Shown piece after piece: positions 1 to 10,769 of a DNA stretch of 64,000 nt. Both the position numbers and the translations under genes were made by a program. The first letter of the stretch is position 1; every line of letters starts with the position of its first letter. Source of the stretch: Lytechinus pictus (taxonomy: Eukaryota); contig NC_087252.1 of the NCBI RefSeq assembly GCF_037042905.1, positions 2,792,001 to 2,856,000 of the forward strand. The letters run 5' to 3'. The notes below the pieces were generated by a model. It saw nothing but the letters and a program-made list of their open reading frames with translations. It did not search any database and had not been told where the DNA came from.

Positions 1-1057
1 ACATATTTTTCTTTTCAATCCATGATCCCATCTTGAAAAGTCACATATTGGGTACATTCCTTTCTATTCTTACATCATCTCTCTACATTATTTCTTTGTA
101 AGTATCGCACATACCCTTTCACCAATTTTGTGTGTGTAAAATAGTGGTTTTGTATTTTGTAATACATGAACTTGAGATTCAAGCTTATGTCGGACAAGTT
201 TTTGTGTGTGTTCTATTTATGATAAATTACATTCAGATGTGATATACATATTGTGTATGTAATAATCTTGACTTATATACTGTATTTAAATATTTAGGAT
301 GTGACCGCGCATGTATGGACCAATAGGAATACTTGAAGGTTTATGATCTTGTGTATAATTTGCCTAGACCTTTGTGAAAATTAAGAGTGGAAAAGTGTGG
401 GGGGGGGGGGACATGGGAAAATTACAGCTTAGCCGGGTAATAATAATAGCAGGGCCCGCTGGGTGAACAGTTTTCGAAAATTTTCGCTGTTACCGTTATT
501 AATGTTATTATTATTATTTTTAGTATTATTATTAGCGGTAGCAAATAACCGAAATGAACCCTTTGAAATCTTTGAAGTTTGGAGATGAAAATAATGCAGT
601 TACATAATTATTCTGTGATAAAAAAATGTCAGAAGGGGATAAAATAACTGCAAAGTGAAACAATATACCTATTTCAAAATGTCAACGGTATTTGAGGAAT
701 TTACAGCAAAATAGGAATGAGTCCAATGTGATATCTCTAGGATTTATGCTCGATAATCTTGGAGTCTTTATCACGTTCATGGTGGAATGATCGATTGTAT
801 AGTATCGTATTGTAGAATATTTCATTTAGAAGACAACTTATTGCTTCTATCCAGATTATGTTAAATGGAAATGTCATCCGATAATATGGTCCAGAATGCC
901 GATTATTTAAAATTGATATTTTTCCATGATTATTATCTCTTGAATAAATAATAGAACAAATCAGTTCTTAGAAAGTGACACTCGCTTTTAAAGTCCATTT
1001 TTAACTTCACGTTGTGTTTGGTTAGTTTTTATCATGTTTATTAAAGACTATTTCATT

Positions 1058-1294
1058 CACTGCAAAAACACCAGTATTGATTTGACACCAGCGTATTTAT
1101 ATCGGAAAACACCAGGGAAGTGTTGAAACACCAGTTAAGAATCAAACTGATACTGGTTTAACACTGAGTATTAGTGTTATTTAAATGTCTATCTGATGTT
1201 AGCCTAAAGCCGAAGTGGTGTTATTGAAACAACTCTCTGGTGTTTTCCTATACAGATCCCAAGTTAGTATCAAAATAACACCGTAAATTTTGCA
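1058..1294. mobile_element. CACTG-ended (CACTA/EnSpm-like) MITE with its right tip deleted; duplicated at 7435-7671
   Basis: Homologous to the intact copy at 24533-24772 but lacks GTGTTTAACA, which includes the terminal GTG and the TT TSD. Confidence 0.8.
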
Positions 1295-2452
1295 TGTTTC
1301 AAGAAGATATAAAAGTTAATTAACTTTTCATGAAGGATTTATCTCTTATAATAGGGAAAAAAATAATGTCATGTCTCCGCTTAGCCATTACCCTGATCAG
1401 ACGCGGTTTCTCGCCCCATTTATTCTGATTCTTCTACTTTTCCCCATCACGCATATGAACTGAGATGGGGAATACTTACGATATCCTCAATTGACAGCCA
1501 TTTATCAGAGTCCTGCTTGGCTACCTCATCAAGCAAAGTGAAGTAAAAATCATGGATAATTGTTTTGCTCATTGGCTAATATTCGCCGTCCGTGGCAGGC
1601 AAGTCTTCTCGAAAATTACGGTTCAGGTTTGGGTTTGGGACCGATCTTATTAGTATTTTTTTTTTCATTTTTAGGTCAGACTCGGTCATGTAAAAGATGA
1701 AGCAACAGATGATATCGACGTCATTAATATGCATTAGGTGGGCTGATGATGTCATATCCCCACTTGTTCTTTTGTATTTTACTATATGAAATTAGGTTTA
1801 TTCAAAAAATTTCTGCCAAGAACAAAAGCAGTTGGATTGACAACTGATTAAGTGCATAAGTTCTTTATTGCTGCAAATCATTTCATCATAATAGAAACAC
1901 ATCATTTAAAATTTATGAAAAAATGAAATAACATAAGAAAAAGGAAAGTGGGGCCCGATGCGACATCATTGCCTCATAAAGACATGCCTAGAACGGTTTC
2001 ATCTGAATGATGCAAATCTTTAAATTCAGTAACTTCATTATTTATTTTTACAAAGAACGATGTGCAAATTTCCTGTTGAACAATTATGACATTGATGGAC
2101 TTCCATATATTTGAGGTTGATCGGATCAACCGTAACTCCATGTAATACGTGGCCCTGGTATGGTCAACATCAGCTAGTTGGTAGAATAAAAATACATACC
2201 AAAAGAAAAAAACTAAAACAAGCGCAACACTGAAAGGTTCATAAAAAACTCACAAAGTACTAGTATTAAGTGTGTATAGGCATAGCAAGAAAATAGCAAT
2301 CTCATTAGTTTCTAATTCCCCGCAGGACACTTTTAATTGGTATTTGGAAGGTCTTCTTGGCAATCAAAGAACCTCGTCAATATTTTGAATGTTAGCAAAC
2401 AACATTTTTTTCCTTTCTTTGGCAAATAATCACTCGAAAATATCTCAAGGAG

Positions 2453-2573
2453 TAGTGTAGATCTGGACGTTAGTACTTATTAATTTAGTTCAGAAGACGG
2501 TGTGTGTATACTGTGTGGAATGGATATGTAAAGTTTTCCAAACAAATAACTACTAACGCCCAGCTCTAGAATA
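2453..2573. mobile_element. Degenerate TAG..CTA MITE (family of 37980-38182); duplicated at ~8830-8950
   Basis: Ends TAGTGTAGATCTGGACGTTAGTA and TACTAACGCCCAGCTCTAGAATA. Flanks CTCAAGGAG and CTGAAGTAG (7/9). Confidence 0.7.
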
Positions 2574-2882
2574 CTGAAGTAGCTCTGAAGTAAATTAATT
2601 ATCTTCAGACTTTACTGTAGATGGTGATGAAAATGATAACAATAATTACATACAATTGTTGAAGTAGAGATAATGATGTATGTTTCATTATAGTATGGCG
2701 ATCCTTAATCTCTGAAGATGATGAGGAGGGGGGGGGGGGGACCAAGAGCCTTATAAGTCATGCAACATTCTACAGGTTCGCCACTCTTCTCTAACAGTTT
2801 ACTCGGGACTGTCAGAGTTTCCTCAGTGTATATACTTGAATGAATCAACTCTTTCCATTTAGCTGTAAGTTTGCCAGAGTCC

Positions 2883-3248
2883 AATCTTTTGTGACCATCA
2901 AAATCCGTTCGACAACTTCGACCGAGGAGAAATTCGACTCCAACACATATACAAGTTTCGCATAATCCGGTCTACAAAACGTCGAATCTTTTGTGACCAC
3001 CGAAGTCCGTTGGACAACTTCGATCGAGGAGAAATTCGACTCCAACGCATATACGACAAGTTTCGCCTAATCCGGTCAACAAAACCTTGATTCTTTTGTT
3101 ACCACCGAAGTCCGTTTGACAACTTCGACCGAGGAGAAATTCGACTCCTACACATATGACAAATTTCGCATAATCCGGTCTACAAACGTCGAATCTTTTG
3201 TGACCACCGAAGTCCGTTCGACCATTCGACTTTCGAGAATTTCGACTC
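2883..3248. repeat. ~103-bp minisatellite, ~3.5 units, ending ~90 bp upstream of GPCR copy 1
   Basis: Units beginning AATCTTTTGTGACCACCGAAGTCCGTT start at 2883, 2985, 3090 and 3192. Confidence 0.92.
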
Positions 3249-3337
3249 ATATGACATACGCTGTGCATACTGGTAATCTGCATGAACTACGGTGATAATA
3301 TTCGACTTCTCGAAGTTTTACTAGCTTACCTGTAGCT

Positions 3338-4393
3338 ATGATTAATAACACGACTGCGATTGCCGAAACGGAAGTGCCAATACATCCATCATGGTATATT
3401 GTGATCGCGTCTTTATTCAGCTTGATCTCAGTCACTGGTCTTGTTGGAAACTGTTTGGTTCTTCTCGCCGTGGTACTCTCGGCTAGTCTACAAACCAAGA
3501 TCAATGCATTTGTTGTTAACCTAGCAGTCTGCGACATGATCACATGCTTGTGCATCCCGAGCCAAGCCGTGGCCATCTTGTTTACAAGCGAACTCCCGAT
3601 ACCAGATAGTCTTCCAAACATCGTAGGGATCATCGTAACGGTTTCGCTGGATGGCACGATGCTAACACTCGCGATGATCGCTTTCATGAGGTGTGTAAAG
3701 ATTACACAACCCGCGTCCGTATCCAATAAACTTCACACGAGGTCGAAAATTGCATCTATCATTATCTGTATCTGGGCCTTACCGGTTACGCTGAACATAA
3801 CATTCCATTATCTGGGTATATTGCACTTTGGTTATGACCCGGAAACAAAACTTTATCGACTTACTAGTGAAGTTTCTAGTAAAATTGGACCATTGATTGA
3901 TGCAACAATTGTAACCATATCTCTTTCCTTCATATCCATTTGTTATATCAAAATAATTCTTCAGCTCAGAGCGCACTCAAGAAGGATAATGGCGAACGTA
4001 GAGGGAGCTCCACAACGTCAGATGCAGGACATGGGGCATCAACATGATCTTCAAGGAAGCCGGCAAGCTCAGGAGAATCATGCACCGGCGATGAGGCAAG
4101 AACGACGTAACCGAATAAGGGACCACGAGCTTTCCACCACAAAGAACCTGGCACTGGTAACCTTGGTATTCCTCCTCTGTTTTCTACCCTTTCCCTTCTG
4201 CATCAACAGTTTGAACCCATATCTTTACACCGTTGGTCTGTGCTTGGTTTGGAGCAACTCTGCAATGAACCCGCTGATATACGCTTTCAAACACACCCAT
4301 TTTCGGACGGTGTTTCGATGCATTTTATCCGGGTCCTTCGATAAGATTCCATATCCATCCCGTCAATTGCGGTCAATGATGCGACGTCATTGA
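3338..4393 (+). CDS. Intronless rhodopsin-class (class A) GPCR, 351 aa, copy 1; orphan receptor of the type expanded in sea urchins
   Basis: Seven hydrophobic segments with class A motifs: TM1 GLVGN, TM2 NLAVCD, TM3 AFMRC (DRY position), TM4 W (CIWALP), TM5 Y (SICYIKI), TM6 FLLCFLP, TM7 NSAMNPLIY, helix 8 HFRTVFRC. N-terminal NNTT glycosylation sequons. Confidence 0.95.
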   Translation: MINNTTAIAETEVPIHPSWYIVIASLFSLISVTGLVGNCLVLLAVVLSASLQTKINAFVVNLAVCDMITCLCIPSQAVAILFTSELPIPDSLPNIVGIIVTVSLDGTMLTLAMIAFMRCVKITQPASVSNKLHTRSKIASIIICIWALPVTLNITFHYLGILHFGYDPETKLYRLTSEVSSKIGPLIDATIVTISLSFISICYIKIILQLRAHSRRIMANVEGAPQRQMQDMGHQHDLQGSRQAQENHAPAMRQERRNRIRDHELSTTKNLALVTLVFLLCFLPFPFCINSLNPYLYTVGLCLVWSNSAMNPLIYAFKHTHFRTVFRCILSGSFDKIPYPSRQLRSMMRRH

Positions 4394-5682
4394 AGAGACT
4401 GCCTGCAAACAAGTCGGACTTTTCGCTCAACGACGGAGACGGACCTCGGCGACGCTGTAGTTGATTTTGGAAGAGACTCGTGGCCCCGTCGTCCAGCATT
4501 GCAAGTTCTGTGATATTATATATTTTTTTACATTTTGCATCCACAACGGAAACATTCAATCTGCAGTTCGTGTGTAAAATTCTAGTTGCTACTATGGTAG
4601 CAAAATGTTAATCTTGACAAAAATAATACCAATTTGGGGAAACAATCAATTTCATTTTCTGGTCCTACTTGGAATCATCAGCCAAGTAATATTAGAAACA
4701 CCCCCAGTCGTAAGATATTTAGCAAATCGTTAAAAATAATGCTACTGGAAGATTATAATTAATTTGGTATGGTAACATACTGCCTCAAAACAAATAATTC
4801 TATATAAAGATTTGTGAATAAGTAAGATATTTTTTCTTGTAAATAGTGTAAATATGTTCACTGAAAATGATCGAAATTTTCTGCAACAGTAATAAGTAGA
4901 ATTAGTCCTGAATTTGATGTACAATATTGAGATTTAGTTAAATTTATTGTTTAAACTATGATGACATTATTTGGGGCTAACCTCGATTAGCATCTTGCTA
5001 TTACGTTTATAGCTCCAATTACCAAATGTTTTGTTTTTATGTGATGTACTATTCCTTGTAATTGTACCTGACAGTGATATTTTGTAATAAATTCAATTCA
5101 ATTCATTTCAATGGTAACAATGGCAACTCCGATTTGGGAGGATAGGCGGGAGCCACAAGTGTGCCGTCCTGACGCTCGAGCTAGCTGTGGAAGCAACAGC
5201 CAATCATCGCGCCTGTACCTTAAAAGCACTTGTGTTAAAATTTCGCCCTAGAACTAGAGATCTACAATCTAAATAAAACTGTACGTTAAAGAATGATTAA
5301 AGTAATGAATTTAACGGATGTCATAAATCTCCGCTTTAATTCATTGAGTTTTTTTTAGTCTTTATCAAAATACTAGCATTTGCTTGAAGTTAAGCACTTG
5401 CTCTTACTACCATGGCTAGTGGCAAAGCATTTCATGAGATCCATGTACGGCAAGACCCTGGCCGGCTGTAATGGTTAAACCTGAGCTGATTAGACAGATG
5501 GATGGTAGCCCTGGCAGAGGGTGTATGAGGCTTGCTTTTTTGGTAATAATTATGAAATATGATGAAAAATGAAAAATCTAAATTTTATTGTTAATTCGAA
5601 ATAGAAACGTGATATATTCCGAAAATTCATTTTGCCCAATCGATGGAGGAACTTGGATGGTTCCGTTCGATTACGACTCGAG

Positions 5683-5903
5683 CATGGGCGGATCCAGTTT
5701 ATTCCAAGGGGGCACATTTTTCCAAGGAAAATTTGATAAGGCCCCCCCCCAAAAAAAAAAAAGTTTTCATTTTTCTGCTGAGTTTGTCTCTCAAAGGGTA
5801 AAAAAGGGCACACTTGTGTATTAACGAATATTGACTGTGACTCTCAAGGGGGGGGGGGGGGGACACTGGCCGAAAATACCCTCCCCCCTCGGATCCGCCA
5901 CTG
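5683..5903. mobile_element. hAT-like MITE remnant (also ~12044-12268)
   Basis: Ends CATGGGCGGATCC and GGATCCGCCACTG. No TSD recognisable. Confidence 0.5.
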
Positions 5904-5959
5904 TGTGTGTGCAAAGCTACTCGTGCCATTTGCCATGTACATTACACTTCTCATGTGTC

Positions 5960-6145
5960 AGCAAAATGCGTGCAAAGCTACTACTACTATTCATGACGAC
6001 CGTTTCCACAAAATATTGCTAAACTTTATCTTCAATAACTTTAGTATTTGTTATCCGATTTTGATGAAATTTTCGGCATTTTGCTCAGTGAATTCTACTC
6101 TATGAATTAGGATATAAATATTTTCAGCCCGGACCATCCCTTTAA
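5960..6145 (-). mobile_element. Terminal fragment of the AGGGATGGTCCGGGCTGAAA (TTAA-targeting) family
   Basis: Reverse complement of 40481-40640. Ends TCAGCCCGGACCATCCCT followed by TTAA (6142-6145). Other fragments at ~1720-2040 and ~52190-52690. Confidence 0.75.
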
Positions 6146-9100
6146 TCCAAGTTTCGTTATTACCTTGAATATAGTATGTCCGATCGCGTCTTCATTCACT
6201 CTTACTAGATTTCGTTTTTTTTTTTCATTTCGGGTCCGTAACTTGCGGGACAATACTTAAATTGTTATAAAAAGTGAAGGTTTAAGAAAACTGGGATATC
6301 TTTCATCAAACAGTTTAATTTAAAAATATATATATATATATATATATACTTCACTGACTGCGAGGAAATGAATTGACATATTTTTCTTTTCAATCCATGA
6401 TCCCATCTTGAAAAGTCACATATTGGGTACATTCCTTTCTATTCTTACATCATCTCTCTACATTATTTCTTTGTAAGTATCGCACATACCCTTTCACCAA
6501 TTTTGTGTGTGTAAAATAGTGGTTTTGTATTTTGTAATACATGAACTTGAGATTCAAGCTTATGTCGGACAAGTTTTTGTGTGTGTTCTATTTATGATAA
6601 ATTACATTCAGATGTGATATACATATTGTGTATGTAATAATCTTGACTTATATACTGTATTTAAATATTTAGGATGTGACCGCGCATGTATGGACCAATA
6701 GGAATACTTGAAGGTTTATGATCTTGTGTATAATTTGCCTAGACCTTTGTGAAAATTAAGAGTGGAAAAGTGTGGGGGGGGGGGGGGACATGGGAAAATT
6801 ACAGCTTAGCCGGGTAATAATAATAGCAGGGCCCGCTGGGTGAACAGTTTTCGAAAATTTTCGCTGTTACCGTTATTAATGTTATTATTATTATTTTTAG
6901 TATTATTATTAGCGGTAGCAAATAACCGAAATGAACCCTTTGAAATCTTTGAAGTTTGGAGATGAAAATAATGCAGTTACATAATTATTCTGTGATAAAA
7001 AAATGTCAGAAGGGGATAAAATAACTGCAAAGTGAAACAATATACCTATTTCAAAATGTCAACGGTATTTGAGGAATTTACAGCAAAATAGGAATGAGTC
7101 CAATGTGATATCTCTAGGATTTATGCTCGATAATCTTGGAGTCTTTATCACGTTCATGGTGGAATGATCGATTGTATAGTATCGTATTGTAGAATATTTC
7201 ATTTAGAAGACAACTTATTGCTTCTATCCAGATTATGTTAAATGGAAATGTCATCCGATAATATGGTCCAGAATGCCGATTATTTAAAATTGATATTTTT
7301 CCATGATTATTATCTCTTGAATAAATAATAGAACAAATCAGTTCTTAGAAAGTGACACTCGCTTTTAAAGTCCATTTTTAACTTCACGTTGTGTTTGGTT
7401 AGTTTTTATCATGTTTATTAAAGACTATTTCATTCACTGCAAAAACACCAGTATTGATTTGACACCAGCGTATTTATATCGGAAAACACCAGGGAAGTGT
7501 TGAAACACCAGTTAAGAATCAAACTGATACTGGTTTAACACTGAGTATTAGTGTTATTTAAATGTCTATCTGATGTTAGCCTAAAGCCGAAGTGGTGTTA
7601 TTGAAACAACTCTCTGGTGTTTTCCTATACAGATCCCAAGTTAGTATCAAAATAACACCGTAAATTTTGCATGTTTCAAGAAGATATAAAAGTTAATTAA
7701 CTTTTCATGAAGGATTTATCTCTTATAATAGGGAAAAAAATAATGTCATGTCTCCGCTTAGCCATTACCCTGATCAGACGCGGTTTCTCGCCCCATTTAT
7801 TCTGATTCTTCTACTTTTCCCCATCACGCATATGAACTGAGATGGGGAATACTTACGATATCCTCAATTGACAGCCATTTATCAGAGTCCTGCTTGGCTA
7901 CCTCATCAAGCAAAGTGAAGTAAAAATCATGGATAATTGTTTTGCTCATTGGCTAATATTCGCCGTCCGTGGCAGGCAAGTCTTCTCGAAAATTACGGTT
8001 CAGGTTTGGGTTTGGGACCGATCTTATTAGTATTTTTTTTTTCATTTTTAGGTCAGACTCGGTCATGTAAAAGATGAAGCAACAGATGATATCGACGTCA
8101 TTAATATGCATTAGGTGGGCTGATGATGTCATATCCCCACTTGTTCTTTTGTATTTTACTATATGAAATTAGGTTTATTCAAAAAATTTCTGCCAAGAAC
8201 AAAAGCAGTTGGATTGACAACTGATTAAGTGCATAAGTTCTTTATTGCTGCAAATCATTTCATCATAATAGAAACACATCATTTAAAATTTATGAAAAAA
8301 TGAAATAACATAAGAAAAAGGAAAGTGGGGCCCGATGCGACATCATTGCCTCATAAAGACATGCCTAGAACGGTTTCATCTGAATGATGCAAATCTTTAA
8401 ATTCAGTAACTTCATTATTTATTTTTACAAAGAACGATGTGCAAATTTCCTGTTGAACAATTATGACATTGATGGACTTCCATATATTTGAGGTTGATCG
8501 GATCAACCGTAACTCCATGTAATACGTGGCCCTGGTATGGTCAACATCAGCTAGTTGGTAGAATAAAAATACATACCAAAAGAAAAAAACTAAAACAAGC
8601 GCAACACTGAAAGGTTCATAAAAAACTCACAAAGTACTAGTATTAAGTGTGTATAGGCATAGCAAGAAAATAGCAATCTCATTAGTTTCTAATTCCCCGC
8701 AGGACACTTTTAATTGGTATTTGGAAGGTCTTCTTGGCAATCAAAGAACCTCGTCAATATTTTGAATGTTAGCAAACAACATTTTTTTCCTTTCTTTGGC
8801 AAATAATCACTCGAAAATATCTCAAGGAGTAGTGTAGATCTGGACGTTAGTACTTATTAATTTAGTTCAGAAGACGGTGTGTGTATACTGTGTGGAATGG
8901 ATATGTAAAGTTTTCCAAACAAATAACTACTAACGCCCAGCTCTAGAATACTGAAGTAGCTCTGAAGTAAATTAATTATCTTCAGACTTTACTGTAGATG
9001 GTGATGAAAATGATAACAATAATTACATACAATTGTTGAAGTAGAGATAATGATGTATGTTTCATTATAGTATGGCGATCCTTAATCTCTGAAGATGATG

Positions 9101-9258
9101 AGGAGGGGGGGGGGGGACCAAGAGCCTTATAAGTCATGCAACATTCTACAGGTTCGCCACTCTTCTCTAACAGTTTACTCGGGACTGTCAGAGTTTCCTC
9201 AGTGTATATACTTGAATGAATCAACTCTTTCCATTTAGCTGTAAGTTTGCCAGAGTCC

Positions 9259-9624
9259 AATCTTTTGTGACCATCAAAATCCGTTCGACAACTTCGACCG
9301 AGGAGAAATTCGACTCCAACACATATACAAGTTTCGCATAATCCGGTCTACAAAACGTCGAATCTTTTGTGACCACCGAAGTCCGTTGGACAACTTCGAT
9401 CGAGGAGAAATTCGACTCCAACGCATATACGACAAGTTTCGCCTAATCCGGTCAACAAAACCTTGATTCTTTTGTTACCACCGAAGTCCGTTTGACAACT
9501 TCGACCGAGGAGAAATTCGACTCCTACACATATGACAAATTTCGCATAATCCGGTCTACAAACGTCGAATCTTTTGTGACCACCGAAGTCCGTTCGACCA
9601 TTCGACTTTCGAGAATTTCGACTC
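9259..9624. repeat. Same ~103-bp minisatellite upstream of GPCR copy 2
   Basis: Duplicate of 2883-3248 (offset 6376). Confidence 0.92.
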
Positions 9625-9713
9625 ATATGACATACGCTGTGCATACTGGTAATCTGCATGAACTACGGTGATAATATTCGACTTCTCGAAGTTTTACTAG
9701 CTTACCTGTAGCT

Positions 9714-10769
9714 ATGATTAATAACACGACTGCGATTGCCGAAACGGAAGTGCCAATACATCCATCATGGTATATTGTGATCGCGTCTTTATTCAGCTTG
9801 ATCTCAGTCACTGGTCTTGTTGGAAACTGTTTGGTTCTTCTCGCCGTGGTACTCTCGGCTAGTCTACAAACCAAGATCAATGCATTTGTTGTTAACCTAG
9901 CAGTCTGCGACATGATCACATGCTTGTGCATCCCGAGCCAAGCCGTGGCCATCTTGTTTACAAGCGAACTCCCGATACCAGATAGTCTTCCAAACATCGT
10001 AGGGATCATCGTAACGGTTTCGCTGGATGGCACGATGCTAACACTCGCGATGATCGCTTTCATGAGGTGTGTAAAGATTACACAACCCGCGTCCGTATCC
10101 AATAAACTTCACACGAGGTCGAAAATTGCATCTATCATTATCTGTATCTGGGCCTTACCGGTTACGCTGAACATAACATTCCATTATCTGGGTATATTGC
10201 ACTTTGGTTATGACCCGGAAACAAAACTTTATCGACTTACTAGTGAAGTTTCTAGTAAAATTGGACCATTGATTGATGCAACAATTGTAACCATATCTCT
10301 TTCCTTCATATCCATTTGTTATATCAAAATAATTCTTCAGCTCAGAGCGCACTCAAGAAGGATAATGGCGAACGTAGAGGGAGCTCCACAACGTCAGATG
10401 CAGGACATGGGGCATCAACATGATCTTCAAGGAAGCCGGCAAGCTCAGGAGAATCATGCACCGGCGATGAGGCAAGAACGACGTAACCGAATAAGGGACC
10501 ACGAGCTTTCCACCACAAAGAACCTGGCACTGGTAACCTTGGTATTCCTCCTATGTTTTCTACCCTTTCCCTTCTGCATCAACAGTTTGAACCCATATCT
10601 TTACACCGTTGGTCTGTGCTTGGTTTGGAGCAACTCTGCAATGAACCCGCTGATATACGCTTTCAAACACACCCATTTTCGGACGGTGTTTCGATGCATT
10701 TTATCCGGGTCCTTCGATAAGATTCCATATCCATCCCGTCAATTGCGGTCAATGATGCGACGTCATTGA
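9714..10769 (+). CDS. Intronless rhodopsin-class GPCR, 351 aa, copy 2 (protein identical to copy 1)
   Basis: Identical translation in the ORF track. One synonymous difference seen: CTC at 4175-4177 vs CTA at 10551-10553. Confidence 0.95.
   Translation: MINNTTAIAETEVPIHPSWYIVIASLFSLISVTGLVGNCLVLLAVVLSASLQTKINAFVVNLAVCDMITCLCIPSQAVAILFTSELPIPDSLPNIVGIIVTVSLDGTMLTLAMIAFMRCVKITQPASVSNKLHTRSKIASIIICIWALPVTLNITFHYLGILHFGYDPETKLYRLTSEVSSKIGPLIDATIVTISLSFISICYIKIILQLRAHSRRIMANVEGAPQRQMQDMGHQHDLQGSRQAQENHAPAMRQERRNRIRDHELSTTKNLALVTLVFLLCFLPFPFCINSLNPYLYTVGLCLVWSNSAMNPLIYAFKHTHFRTVFRCILSGSFDKIPYPSRQLRSMMRRH

Noticed and set aside
2845..3283. Repetitive minus-strand ORFs and a CRISPR-like appearance
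   Set aside because: Whole 103-bp units are repeated with no unique spacers and there are no cas genes. The ORFs are by-products of the minisatellite.
3247..4559. Antisense ORFs overlapping the GPCR
   Set aside because: Shadow frames of the real CDS with no recognisable domain.
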